The notes below the pieces were generated by a model that saw only the letters and a list, made by a program, of their open reading frames with translations, was not told the DNA's origin and searched no databases. Shown here one piece after another: positions 1-9,895 of a DNA stretch of 64,000 nt. The position numbers and the translations under genes are program-made. Origin of the DNA: Beijerinckiaceae bacterium (GTDB taxonomy: Bacteria; Pseudomonadota; Alphaproteobacteria; Rhizobiales; Beijerinckiaceae); assembly GCA_009773635.1 (NCBI GenBank), contig WSYC01000012.1, positions 114,030-178,029 of the forward strand. The letters are read 5' to 3'. Each line of letters opens with the position of its first letter. The first letter of the stretch is position 1.

Positions 1-1224
1 ATCATAGAGATTATTGGCCGTGGCACTAAGGCCAAGCCGCAGGCGCAGCATGGAAACGCGGGGATCCGCCTTCTCCGGCTGGAGCGGCGCACCTTCCATC
101 CAGTTGGCGGGCAGCGTCCCGGTGGGGTGCGGCGCGCCCTCGGCGCCCGCCACCGACCCGGTGAGAACCGGCGCGGACAACTCCTCGCGCAGTTTGGCGA
201 GCGATTTGCGCAAGGCCTTGTAGCCTGCATGCTGTGGCTGATAGGCGAGAAGCACCCCTTCGACGCCGCGAGCATCCGCCGCCCTGAGGCGGTCGAGCAC
301 TTCGCCTGGCGCGGGAATAGCGAGCGTCGGGGTCATCAGTGCCGAAAGCCGCGAAGGCTCCAGTCGCCCGCCCCGCGCATCACGCGCATAAAGGAACGCC
401 GCGAGGCTGGCCTGAACATCAACCTCGGCGCGCTTCTCGGCAGGAACCGCCCCCTTGCGGGTCTGCGGCAGCGCGGAGACGAGCCGGACCGGGTCGAGCC
501 CGTCCTGATCGGCTGCGCCCAACACGGCGGCGAGCGCCTCGACCTTCGGCGACAGCAGGACATCCGCGCCCTTTTCCGCAAGCCAGAAGGGCCGGAATTC
601 GGCGGCGGCATAGGCCGCGACAAACCCGTCGATTTCAGTCGGCTTCAGGCGATATCTGGTGCGCGAGGGCTCCAGCATGGCCCGCAGACGCGTCTCGTCC
701 ATATCGAGGCGAAGTGCGGATTCCGCAGGCTTGACACCGGAGACAACGGTCTCGGTAACAGCGGCCGGCTCGACGGCTTTCGGCACCTCAACGGAAACGA
801 CAACAGCCGGCGGCTCCGGCAGGTCGAGCGCCCCGGCATCCGCCGCAGGCTGGGCCAGTTCAACAGGCTTATCGGTGATCGGGGAGGGATCGATGGCCGC
901 AACGGCGGGCTTGCCCGGCGCGATATCGTCGAATTTGGCATCGGCGACCGGCAATTCCGGCAGCACCAGCCTCTCGACAGCCGCAACTGGATTCTCGACA
1001 GGCTTCGTGGGCGGGGCCGCATCGCGGGCGACGCTTTGCAGATCACGGGCGGTGGCCTCGGCAACATCCGGCGGAACGGGCAAGGCCACCTCCGCCTGCG
1101 ACGGCTCGGCCGTCTGCGCGAAAGCGCCGGAGGATATCATCAGTGCCGCAGACAGCAACGAGGCCGTGAGCAGGCAACCCGCATGAAAGACCGGCCGGAG
1201 CGATTTCTTTCTGAAACCGGACAC
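1..1224 (-). CDS. L,D-transpeptidase family protein (YcbB/LdtD-like), N-terminal part; runs off the left window edge
   Basis: Not in the ORF track because there is no stop in the window. Manual translation: GTG start at 1224 after GAGGG, a signal-like segment (LLTASLLSAALMISSGAFAQ) and a Pro/Ala-rich linker. These are followed by YcbB scaffold-like motifs (YAAAEFRPFWL...AADQDGLDP) and the start of a PG-binding motif (RVSMLRLRLGL...YD). Confidence 0.75.
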   Translation of the reverse strand, partial: MSGFRKKSLRPVFHAGCLLTASLLSAALMISSGAFAQTAEPSQAEVALPVPPDVAEATARDLQSVARDAAPPTKPVENPVAAVERLVLPELPVADAKFDDIAPGKPAVAAIDPSPITDKPVELAQPAADAGALDLPEPPAVVVSVEVPKAVEPAAVTETVVSGVKPAESALRLDMDETRLRAMLEPSRTRYRLKPTEIDGFVAAYAAAEFRPFWLAEKGADVLLSPKVEALAAVLGAADQDGLDPVRLVSALPQTRKGAVPAEKRAEVDVQASLAAFLYARDARGGRLEPSRLSALMTPTLAIPAPGEVLDRLRAADARGVEGVLLAYQPQHAGYKALRKSLAKLREELSAPVLTGSVAGAEGAPHPTGTLPANWMEGAPLQPEKADPRVSMLRLRLGLSATANNLYD

Positions 1225-1354
1225 CTGAATACCCTCGTTACCGATCAAAGCCATGATCCCTCGTCACCTCGCTAGGTCCAACGAAAACGAAACACCGTCA
1301 AGTGTGGCAACGCACAATGCAGTTATTCAGATTATGCCTGTTGCGGAAATATCC

Positions 1355-2854
1355 TTAAGCAACTCGTGATTCATCGAATGTTTCAGCATCCGCTTCGTCT
1401 GCTTCGATGCCAAGCTCCTTGAGCTTGCGATAGAGCGTTGAACGGCCAATCCCCAGCTTGCGCGCAACTTTCGACATCTGCCCGCGATAATGGTCGAGCG
1501 CGAAGCGGATGGTATCGCCCTCGACCTGTTCAAGCGGGCGGACATCGCCGGTCTGGTCGAGCAGGGTCAGCGCGGAGGGGTCCTTGATTTCGACGCGGAC
1601 AATCTCGCGTTCGGGGCGCATCTGCGGCATGGGGGTCGACGTGAGCGCGGGAATACGGACGTCGAAGCCATCGACCGCCTGCGCGACCTGCGGAAAATCG
1701 GCAATGGTCAACTCGTCGCCCTCGCAGAGGATGACGGCGCGGAACATCGCGTTTTCGAGCTGACGGACGTTGCCCGGCCAGTCAAAACGGGAAATGAGCG
1801 CCATCGCCTCGGCGGAAATGCCGCGGATAGAGCGGCCCTCTTCGGCCGCAATCCGGGCGAGGAAACGCCGCGCCAGCGCCGGAATATCCTCGCGGCGGTT
1901 CCTGAGCGGGGGGATCGTGATCGGGAAGACGTTGAGGCGGTAATAAAGGTCTTCGCGGAAGCGCCCCTGCCGGACAGCTTCAATGAGATCGCGGTTCGTC
2001 GCCGAGACCAGGCGGATATCGACCTTCACGGTTTTGCGCCCGCCGACGGGATCGACTTCGCCTTCCTGGATGGCGCGCAGCAGTTTGACTTGCGCATCGA
2101 GCGGCAATTCCGAGACTTCATCGAGGAAGAGCGTGCCGCCGTTGGCTTCAACGAACTTGCCGGCGTGTTTTTCGGTCGCGCCGGTAAAGGCCCCCTTCTC
2201 GTGGCCAAAGAGGATCGATTCGACGAGGTTGGCGGGAATGGCGCCGCAGTTGACGGTGACGAAGGGCTTGCCGCGTCGATCACTCGCGCCCTGAAGTGCC
2301 CGGGCAAAGACTTCCTTGCCGACGCCGGATTCACCTTCCAGCAATACAGGAATGCCGGATTTCGCGGCGCGCTCGCCGAGCCGGATCGCGCGGGCCATAT
2401 CCGGGGCGTTCGAGGTCAGATCGTTGAAATTCAACGCGCCGGTGGAGCGCTTGGCGAGGCGTCGCACTTCGCCTTCAAGCGCATCGACCCTGAGCGCGTT
2501 CTTGATCGAAACGGAAAGTCGTTCGGCGCCGACCGGCTTGACGACGAAATCCACGGCTCCCGCACGCATCGCGCTGATGACCGTCTCGATCGAGCCATGC
2601 GCAGTTTGCACGACAACCGGAGGGCGATCTTCCATGGCATGCAGACGCTCAAGCACTGCCATGCCATCGAGATCGGGCATGACGAGATCGAGCACCATAG
2701 CGTCTACGGAAGGCTTGGTCTTGTCGGCCAGACGATCGAGCGCCTCGGCCCCGCCCTCGACAGCCTCGGGCTCATAGCCGAAGCGGCGCACCATTTCGGT
2801 CAGCAGACGGCGCTGGACGGGATCGTCATCAACAACAAGAACGGTGGCGCTCAT
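1355..2854 (-). CDS. Sigma54-dependent response regulator (REC-AAA+-HTH), TacA-like
   Basis: Receiver domain (VLVVDDD...DLVMP), Walker A GESGVGKE, GAFTGA loop, Fis-type HTH. ATG at 2854 is preferred over TTG at 2869. The TacA-like call rests on recalled synteny with pepF and an L,D-transpeptidase. Confidence 0.9.
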   Translation of the reverse strand: MSATVLVVDDDPVQRRLLTEMVRRFGYEPEAVEGGAEALDRLADKTKPSVDAMVLDLVMPDLDGMAVLERLHAMEDRPPVVVQTAHGSIETVISAMRAGAVDFVVKPVGAERLSVSIKNALRVDALEGEVRRLAKRSTGALNFNDLTSNAPDMARAIRLGERAAKSGIPVLLEGESGVGKEVFARALQGASDRRGKPFVTVNCGAIPANLVESILFGHEKGAFTGATEKHAGKFVEANGGTLFLDEVSELPLDAQVKLLRAIQEGEVDPVGGRKTVKVDIRLVSATNRDLIEAVRQGRFREDLYYRLNVFPITIPPLRNRREDIPALARRFLARIAAEEGRSIRGISAEAMALISRFDWPGNVRQLENAMFRAVILCEGDELTIADFPQVAQAVDGFDVRIPALTSTPMPQMRPEREIVRVEIKDPSALTLLDQTGDVRPLEQVEGDTIRFALDHYRGQMSKVARKLGIGRSTLYRKLKELGIEADEADAETFDESRVA

Positions 2855-2934
2855 CAGGCTGCTTTTCAACTGTTAGCCGAACAGCGATTCGCGGCCCGGT
2901 TGTTTCGTTTCGAGACCAGTGTCGCGGATTGACG

Positions 2935-2949
2935 TAAACAGGTTGTAAA
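2935..2949 (-). promoter_or_regulatory. Degenerate CtrA-box-like site upstream of the TacA-like gene
   Basis: Minus strand TTTA-caacctg-TTTAC versus consensus TTAA-N7-TTAAC, one mismatch per half. Confidence 0.35.
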
Positions 2950-3083
2950 TCCTGATAAGAAGTTTTCGATCTATGATTGATTGAAGCCGCCCGATACGCC
3001 AATGAGCAGGGATCGACCGGAATTCGATGTCAGGCTCCCGGTACTGCCGAACCGAATTCCGGGCTCAGGAGAGAGAACTGGCC

Positions 3084-4961
3084 ATGACCCCCGACTTCTT
3101 CCCGCAGAAGACCCCCTTTCCGCAGAAGGTCCTGTCGCCGCAGAAGCCCGGTGCAGCCGACGCAAAGCCCGCGAGCGCCGAGCTGGGTCCCTTGCCGGAA
3201 TGGAAGCTTGAGCACCTCTATCCCGGCATGGATTCCCACGAATTTGCGGATGATGTCGCGGCGATGGAGCGGGAGGCGTCGGCCTTCGCCACAACCTGCA
3301 AGGGCAAACTCGCGGCGCTGGCCGGCGGACCGGATGGCGCAAAGGTGCTGTTCGATATCATCCGCCAGTATGAGGCGATCGAGGACCGTATGGGCCGGAT
3401 CATCTCCTACGCCGGGCTGATCTACTCCACCGATACGACCAACCCCGCGCATGGCAAGTTCTACGGCGACACGCAGGAAAAGGTGACGAACGCTTCCTCC
3501 GAGCTGTTGTTCTTCACGCTGGAGTTGAACCTTCTCGACGACGCCTTGATGGACCGCCTCATGCAGGCCGAGCCGCTGGCGCATTACAAGCCGTGGCTTG
3601 TCGATCTCCGTCTCGACAAACCCTTCCAGCTCGAAGACCGGCTCGAACAGCTCTTCCACGAGAAATCCACGACCGGTCGCTCGGCCTGGAACCGCTTGTT
3701 CGATGAAACCATGGCCAGCCTGAAATTCGACGTCGACGGCGAGATCCTCTCGCTCGAACCCACCCTCACCCGCTTCCAGGATGCGGATGAGGGCAAGCGC
3801 AAATCCGCCGCGATGGCCATCGCCAAGACTTTGGGCGAAAATGGCCGCCTGTTCACGCTCATCACCAACACGCTGGCGAAAGACAAGGAAATCTCCGACC
3901 GCTGGCGCGGGTTCGAGGATGTTGCCGACAGCCGCCACCTCGCCAACCGCGTCGAACGCGATGTCGTCAATGCGATGGTCGATGCCGTCGAGGCCGCACA
4001 TCCGCGCCTTTCGCATCGCTATTATGCGCTGAAGGCGAAGTGGTTCGGCAAGGACAAGCTCGAATTCTGGGACCGCAACGCGCCGCTGCCGAAGGTTCCG
4101 CAGCGGACGATCCCCTGGACCGAGGCGCGCGATTGCGTGCTCGATGCCTACAAGGGCTTCGCGCCGGAAATGGCCGCGATCGCCAAGCGCTTCTTCGATG
4201 AAGGCTGGATCGATGCGCCGACGCGCCCCGGCAAGGCGCCGGGTGCCTTCGCGCACCCGACCGTGCCCTCGGCGCATCCTTACGTGCTCGTGAATTACCT
4301 CGGCAAGCCGCGCGATGTGATGACGCTCGCGCATGAGCTTGGCCACGGCGTGCATCAGGTGCTCGCCGGGCCGAACGGCGCGCTGATGGCGCCGACGCCG
4401 CTCACCTTGGCGGAAACGGCCTCCGTCTTCGGGGAAATGCTGACCTTCCGCAAGCTGCTCGCCGAAACAAAAGATCAGGCCGCCCGCAAGGCGCTCCTCG
4501 CCGGCAAGGTCGAGGACATGATCAACACCGTCGTGCGGCAGATCGCGTTCTATTCCTTCGAGCGCCGCGTGCATACCGAGCGCCGCAATGGCGAGCTCAC
4601 GACCGAAAAGCTCAACGAGATCTGGCTGGAGGTGCAGGCGAAGAGCCTCGGCCCGTCGATCAACCTCTCGGCAGGCTACGAGACCTTCTGGGCCTATATC
4701 CCGCATTTCATCCACTCGCCGTTCTATGTGTATGCCTATTCCTTTGGCGATTGCCTCGTGAATTCGCTCTATGGCGTCTACCAGAGTGCGGACCCGAAAT
4801 TCGTCGAGAACTATTTCGCGCTGCTCGCGGCCGGCGGCACCAAGCACCACTCGGAGCTGCTGAAGCCTTTCGGGCTCGATGCACGCGATCCCGCCTTCTG
4901 GCAGATCGGCCTCAAGGTGATCGATGGCATGATTACCGAACTTGAGAGCATGGAGGGCTGA
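3084..4961 (+). CDS. pepF: M3 family oligoendopeptidase F
   Basis: Zinc motif HELGH, W+L++LY N-terminal motif, HF...FYVYAY. ATG at 3084 follows GGAGAGAG. Confidence 0.92.
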   Translation: MTPDFFPQKTPFPQKVLSPQKPGAADAKPASAELGPLPEWKLEHLYPGMDSHEFADDVAAMEREASAFATTCKGKLAALAGGPDGAKVLFDIIRQYEAIEDRMGRIISYAGLIYSTDTTNPAHGKFYGDTQEKVTNASSELLFFTLELNLLDDALMDRLMQAEPLAHYKPWLVDLRLDKPFQLEDRLEQLFHEKSTTGRSAWNRLFDETMASLKFDVDGEILSLEPTLTRFQDADEGKRKSAAMAIAKTLGENGRLFTLITNTLAKDKEISDRWRGFEDVADSRHLANRVERDVVNAMVDAVEAAHPRLSHRYYALKAKWFGKDKLEFWDRNAPLPKVPQRTIPWTEARDCVLDAYKGFAPEMAAIAKRFFDEGWIDAPTRPGKAPGAFAHPTVPSAHPYVLVNYLGKPRDVMTLAHELGHGVHQVLAGPNGALMAPTPLTLAETASVFGEMLTFRKLLAETKDQAARKALLAGKVEDMINTVVRQIAFYSFERRVHTERRNGELTTEKLNEIWLEVQAKSLGPSINLSAGYETFWAYIPHFIHSPFYVYAYSFGDCLVNSLYGVYQSADPKFVENYFALLAAGGTKHHSELLKPFGLDARDPAFWQIGLKVIDGMITELESMEG

Positions 4962-5009
4962 TTGCGCGTCGAGGGCTGACTTTCCAGCGGCTGCCCCCAT
5001 ATTCAGGAC

Positions 5010-6371
5010 ATGTCTGATTCCGAGAAGAACCGTTTTTCCGCCCGCGCGAGCCGCTATGCCCGTGTCGGGGCCAATATGGGCGGCGTGGCCGCCCGCATGG
5101 CGGGCAGCCTCATTGCCGGTCGCACCAGCGATGGCGACCGCGCCAACGCTGCGGCGCTGACCCGCGCTCTCGGCGGCCTCAAGGGCCCCCTCATGAAGGT
5201 CGCGCAACTGCTCGCGACCATCCCCGAAGCCATTCCGGCCGAATACGCCGAAGAACTTCGCCAACTGCAATCCGAAGCGCCGCCGATGCCGTATGTGTTC
5301 GTGCGTCGACGCATGGCTGTCGAACTCGGGCCGGACTGGCTGGCGAAATTTGGCAGCTTCGAGAAGGAACCCGCCGCCGCCGCGTCGCTCGGTCAGGTGC
5401 ATCGCGCGACCACTCTGGAAGGCCGGAAACTCGCCTGCAAGCTGCAATACCCGGATATGGAATCGGCCGTCGAGGCCGATCTTAGCCAGCTGAACCTCCT
5501 GTTCTCGCTGCATCGGCAGATGAATGGCGTGATCGACACGTCCGAGATCAAGCAGGAAATCGGTGCCCGCATCCGCGAGGAACTCGATTATCTCAGGGAA
5601 GCCCGTCACGCCGCACTCTACAAGGAAATGCTGGCCAACGAGCCACTGATCCGCGTGCCCGAAACCCTGCCGGCGCTCTCGACAAAACGCCTCCTGACAA
5701 TGGAATGGCTCGACGGCGAGAAAATCCTGGGCTTCAAGGACGCCGATCAGGACATCCGCAACCGGCTGGCGACCGCGATGTTCCGGGCATGGTGGCACCC
5801 CTTCAGCCATTACGGCGTCATCCACGGCGATCCCCATCTCGGCAACTACACGGTGTTCCGCGACGGGAATGGTGAGCCCGGAGGCATCAACCTTCTTGAC
5901 TACGGTTGCATCCGCATTTTCCCGCCGACCTTCGTCGCCGGCGTCGTCGATCTCTATCGCGGCATTCTCGAAGGCGACGAAGCGCGTACCGTGCAGGCCT
6001 ACGAGACCTGGGGCTTCAAGAACCTGACCAAGGATCTCGTCGAGATCCTCAACATCTGGGCACGGTTCATCTACGGTCCGCTGCTGGATGACCGCGTGCG
6101 CACCATCGCGGATGGCGTCTCGCCCGGCCAATACGGCCGCAAGGAAGCCGCCCGCGTGCATCAGGCGCTGAAAGAAAAGGGGCCGGTGACCATTCCACGC
6201 GAATTCGTGTTCATGGACAGGGCGGCGATCGGGCTCGGTGGTGTGTTCCTGCATCTCGATGCCAGAATGAATTTCTTCCGGCTTTTCAACGATGAAATCG
6301 CCGGTTTCAGCACTGCGGCAGTAGCGGAGCGGCAGGGCGCAGCGCTCGCGCGTGCCGGCTTGACGATCTGA
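5010..6371 (+). CDS. ABC1/AarF/UbiB family atypical kinase
   Basis: LKGPLMKVAQ, AAASLGQVHRA, ACKLQYP, HGDPHLGN and LLDYGC motifs. Confidence 0.9.
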   Translation: MSDSEKNRFSARASRYARVGANMGGVAARMAGSLIAGRTSDGDRANAAALTRALGGLKGPLMKVAQLLATIPEAIPAEYAEELRQLQSEAPPMPYVFVRRRMAVELGPDWLAKFGSFEKEPAAAASLGQVHRATTLEGRKLACKLQYPDMESAVEADLSQLNLLFSLHRQMNGVIDTSEIKQEIGARIREELDYLREARHAALYKEMLANEPLIRVPETLPALSTKRLLTMEWLDGEKILGFKDADQDIRNRLATAMFRAWWHPFSHYGVIHGDPHLGNYTVFRDGNGEPGGINLLDYGCIRIFPPTFVAGVVDLYRGILEGDEARTVQAYETWGFKNLTKDLVEILNIWARFIYGPLLDDRVRTIADGVSPGQYGRKEAARVHQALKEKGPVTIPREFVFMDRAAIGLGGVFLHLDARMNFFRLFNDEIAGFSTAAVAERQGAALARAGLTI

Positions 6372-6517
6372 CCAGTTCATGCGGGCTTCGCGCCCGCTAG
6401 AGACATCCTTCCCGGCGTGCATGGCGCAAGCATTCACGCTTTGAAGCAATTGCGTGACGCAGCAGTTTCCGCTAGATGCGAAAGCAACGCCAACGACACG
6501 GAATTGAGGGGAAGCCC

Positions 6518-6730
6518 ATGGCCGCCGACAATCATCACCACGATGTTCCCGCGATGGATTACGCCGAGCACGATAAGACGTTCGACCTTTTCGCCGGGCT
6601 GATCAAATGGGGCACCGTTGGCTCGATTGGCATCACGCTGCTGGCGGGCGCGGCAACCAATACGATTTCGTGGCTTTTTGCCATCGTTGTCGCGGTTCTG
6701 ATGACGGCGATTGTCGCCAAATTCTTCTGA
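6518..6730 (+). CDS. aa3-type cytochrome c oxidase subunit IV family small membrane protein
   Basis: MDYAEHDKTFDLF..LIKWG motif followed by TM helices; RBS GAGGGGA before ATG 6518. Confidence 0.8.
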   Translation: MAADNHHHDVPAMDYAEHDKTFDLFAGLIKWGTVGSIGITLLAGAATNTISWLFAIVVAVLMTAIVAKFF

Positions 6731-6849
6731 TTCCAGAGCCTTGCGGCTTCCCGGTTTTCCGGGCAGTTGCGTTCCTGTGTGGCGGATGCTGCCGAACCAC
6801 TCTCGCTCGGCACCCGCCTGAGATTTGGCCATGAATAACGGGGGCCGGC

Positions 6850-7986
6850 ATGCGTATTGCTGTTCTTGATGAGACCAAAAATGGCGAGCCGCGCGTTGCG
6901 GCAACCCCGGAAACGATTCTCAAGCTCAAGCCCCTTGGCGCGGTTTTCGTGATCGAGAAGGGCGCGGGTACTGCGTCGAGCATTTCGGATGCCGCCTTCG
7001 AGGCCGCCGGTGCCACCATCGCCAAGAATGCCGCCGATGCGCTGAAGGACGCCGATGTCGTCCTCGCCGTGCGCCGCCCGAAGGGTGAGCTTGCGGCCAA
7101 AATGAAGAAGGGCGCGATCGTTCTTGCGATCATGGATCCCTACGGTAACGCCGAGGCGCTCCAGCCTTTCGCGGACAAGGGTGTTGCAACCTTCGCGATG
7201 GAACTGATGCCGCGCATCACCCGCGCGCAGGTGATGGACGTGCTTTCATCGCAGGCGAACCTCGCCGGCTATCGCGCCGTGATCGACGCGGCGGAAGTCT
7301 ATGGCCGGGCCTTCCCGATGATGATGACCGCCGCCGGCACTGTGCCTGCCGCCCGCGTTTTCGTGATGGGCGCCGGCGTCGCCGGTTTGCAGGCCATTGC
7401 GACCGCGCGTCGCCTCGGCGCGATCGTGACCGCAACGGACGTTCGTCCCGCTGCAAAAGAGCAGGTCGCCTCGCTCGGTGCGAAGTTCGTCGCCATCGAG
7501 GACGAGGAATTCAAGCAGGCCGAAACCGCCACGGGCTATGCCAAGCCGATGTCCGCCGAATATCAGGCAAAGCAGGCGGCGCTCGTCGCCGAACACATCG
7601 CCAAGCAGGATATCGTCATCACCACAGCGCTGATCCCCGGCCGTCCAGCGCCAAAGCTCGTCTCGAAGGCGATGGTGGAATCGATGCGTATGGGCTCGAT
7701 TGTCGTCGATCTCGCGGTTGAACGCGGCGGCAACTGCGAATTGTCGGTGGCGGATGTCATCACTGACCACAAGGGCGTGAAACTCATCGCCTGGTCGAAC
7801 ACGCCGGGCCGGCTCGCGCCAACGGCCTCCGCGCTCTACGCGAAAAATCTCTATGCCTTCCTCGAAACGATGATCGACAAGAAGGCCGGCACGCTGGCGG
7901 TCAACTGGGACGACGAACTCGTCAAAGCCACCTGCCTCACGAAGGACGGGGCGCTGGTTCACCCGATCTTCGCCCCGAAAGCCTAA
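6850..7986 (+). CDS. pntA: NAD(P) transhydrogenase subunit alpha, part 1 (domain I)
   Basis: E.RVAATPET, RITRAQ.MDVLSSQANLAGY, GAGVAGLQA, TTALIPGRPAP. Confidence 0.97.
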   Translation: MRIAVLDETKNGEPRVAATPETILKLKPLGAVFVIEKGAGTASSISDAAFEAAGATIAKNAADALKDADVVLAVRRPKGELAAKMKKGAIVLAIMDPYGNAEALQPFADKGVATFAMELMPRITRAQVMDVLSSQANLAGYRAVIDAAEVYGRAFPMMMTAAGTVPAARVFVMGAGVAGLQAIATARRLGAIVTATDVRPAAKEQVASLGAKFVAIEDEEFKQAETATGYAKPMSAEYQAKQAALVAEHIAKQDIVITTALIPGRPAPKLVSKAMVESMRMGSIVVDLAVERGGNCELSVADVITDHKGVKLIAWSNTPGRLAPTASALYAKNLYAFLETMIDKKAGTLAVNWDDELVKATCLTKDGALVHPIFAPKA

Positions 7987-8031
7987 ATCCGAACTCGATT
8001 TCGACCCCGCGCTTCGCCGGAGGAGACGACC

Positions 8032-8478
8032 ATGGCAGATACCCCGCAACAGATCATCGAACAGGCCAAAGCCGCGCAAGCCGCCGCTGAAGCCGCATTC
8101 GCGAAAGCGCAGGCCGCGTTGCAGGCAGCCGAAAAGCTGGCTGAAGTTGGTGGCGCAGCCGCCGCTGCCGCCACCGGCGGCATGGTCGACCCCACGGTTT
8201 TCCGCTTTGCCATCTTCATCATGGCGATTTTCGTCGGCTACTACGTGGTCTGGTCGGTGACGCCGGCGCTGCACACGCCGCTGATGTCGGTCACCAACGC
8301 GATTTCCTCGGTCATCGTCGTCGGTGCTCTGCTATCGGTCGGTGTCTCGCTGACATCGGAGGGCACAACCGCCGCGCGCGGCTTTGGCTTCCTCGGGCTG
8401 GTGCTGGCGAGCGTGAATATCTTCGGCGGCTTCCTCGTCACATCCCGCATGCTCGCCATGTACAAGAAGAAGGGCTGA
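8032..8478 (+). CDS. pntA: NAD(P) transhydrogenase subunit alpha, part 2 (membrane)
   Basis: [17 protein letters not shown] and [12 protein letters not shown] motifs; Ala-rich N-terminal extension. Confidence 0.95.
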   Translation: MADTPQQIIEQAKAAQAAAEAAFAKAQAALQAAEKLAEVGGAAAAAATGGMVDPTVFRFAIFIMAIFVGYYVVWSVTPALHTPLMSVTNAISSVIVVGALLSVGVSLTSEGTTAARGFGFLGLVLASVNIFGGFLVTSRMLAMYKKKG

Positions 8479-8482
8479 GCCG

Positions 8483-9886
8483 ATGAGCGCCAATATCGCC
8501 AACCTCCTCTATCTCGTCTCCGGCGTCCTCTTCATCCTCGCGCTACGCGGGCTCTCGCACCCCTCGACATCTAGGCAGGGCAATATCTTCGGCATGTCCG
8601 GCATGGCGATCGCCATGGTGACGACGCTGCTGCTCTCGCCGCCATCCGGGTTTGGTGGTTGGGGTCTTGCGATCCTCGGCCTCGCGATCGGCGGCGGGTT
8701 CGGCGCCTACATGGCGAAAAAGGTCGAGATGACCAAGATGCCGCAACTGGTGGCGTTCTTCCACGCGCTTGTCGGCCTGTCCGCCGTGTTCGTGGCCGCC
8801 GCCGCGCTCTATGCGCCGCAGGCCTTCGGCATCGGCATCATCGGCAAGATCAAGGGCGCCAGCCTGTTTGAAATGGCGCTCGGCGTCGCCATCGGTGCGG
8901 TGACGTTTACCGGCTCGGTCATCGCCTTCCTGAAGCTCGACGGGCGGATGAGCGGCAAGCCGATCATGCTGCCGCAGCGCCACGCGATCAACATCGCGCT
9001 CGCCGTGTTGCTGGTGGTGCTGATCGGCCTCTTCATCGGCACCGAAAGCCAGGTCGTGTTCTGGATGATCGTGGCGGTTTCCCTCGCGCTCGGCGTGCTG
9101 CTGATCGTCCCGATCGGCGGCGCGGACATGCCCGTGGTCGTCTCGATGCTCAACTCCTATTCGGGCTGGGCGGCAGCGGGCATCGGTTTCACGCTCGGCA
9201 ACCTCGCGCTGATCATTACCGGTGCACTGGTGGGTTCCTCCGGCGCGATCCTCAGCTACATCATGTGCAAGGGCATGAACCGCAGCTTCATTTCCGTCAT
9301 TCTCGGCGGTTTTGGCGGCGAGACGACCGGAGCGGCGGCAGGCGAAAAGGAATCGCGCCCCGTGAAGCAGGGCTCGGCGGATGACGCCGCCTTCATCATG
9401 AAGAATGCCTCCAAGGTCATCATCGTGCCCGGTTACGGCATGGCGCAGGCGCAGGCCCAGCACGCGCTCCGCGAGATGGCCGACACGCTGAAAAAGGAAG
9501 GCGTCGAGGTCAAATACGCGATCCATCCGGTCGCGGGTCGCATGCCCGGCCATATGAATGTGCTGCTGGCCGAGGCCAACGTGCCCTACGACGAGGTGTT
9601 CGAGCTTGAGGACATCAACTCGGAATTCGCGCAGGCGGATGTCGCCTTCGTGATCGGTGCGAACGACGTCACCAATCCCTCCGCGAAAACCGATCCGGCC
9701 TCGCCGATCTTCGGCATGCCGATCCTTGATGTCGAGAAAGCCAAGACCGTGCTCTTCATCAAGCGCGGCATGGGTTCGGGCTATGCCGGCGTCGAGAACG
9801 AACTCTTCTTCATGGACAACACCATGATGCTGTTCGGCGACGCCAAGAAGATGACCGAGGAAATCGTCAAGGGTCTCGCGCACTGA
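8483..9886 (+). CDS. pntB: NAD(P) transhydrogenase subunit beta
   Basis: MPQLVAFFH, GGADMPVVVSMLNSYSGW, PGYGMA.A.AQ, IHPVAGRMPGHMNVLLAEA. Confidence 0.98.
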   Translation: MSANIANLLYLVSGVLFILALRGLSHPSTSRQGNIFGMSGMAIAMVTTLLLSPPSGFGGWGLAILGLAIGGGFGAYMAKKVEMTKMPQLVAFFHALVGLSAVFVAAAALYAPQAFGIGIIGKIKGASLFEMALGVAIGAVTFTGSVIAFLKLDGRMSGKPIMLPQRHAINIALAVLLVVLIGLFIGTESQVVFWMIVAVSLALGVLLIVPIGGADMPVVVSMLNSYSGWAAAGIGFTLGNLALIITGALVGSSGAILSYIMCKGMNRSFISVILGGFGGETTGAAAGEKESRPVKQGSADDAAFIMKNASKVIIVPGYGMAQAQAQHALREMADTLKKEGVEVKYAIHPVAGRMPGHMNVLLAEANVPYDEVFELEDINSEFAQADVAFVIGANDVTNPSAKTDPASPIFGMPILDVEKAKTVLFIKRGMGSGYAGVENELFFMDNTMMLFGDAKKMTEEIVKGLAH

Positions 9887-9895
9887 GCTGGCGCG

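Noticed and set aside
1300-1345. Sigma54 -24/-12 promoter for the L,D-transpeptidase
   Set aside because: The GG..GC candidates have the wrong spacing (11 rather than 10 nt) or the wrong orientation.
3017-3062. 10-bp inverted repeat (ccggaattcg/cgaattccgg) in the pepF leader
   Set aside because: A single IR with a weakly structured 27-nt interior; nothing further supports a function.
3030-6449. Very long antisense ORFs (also 127-1275, 1490-2932, 8543-10273, 23959-25686, 28034-30535, 49727-52510, 56136-57986, 59807-61666)
   Set aside because: They overlap well-recognised genes on the opposite strand, have no motifs, and are the expected by-product of high-GC codon bias.
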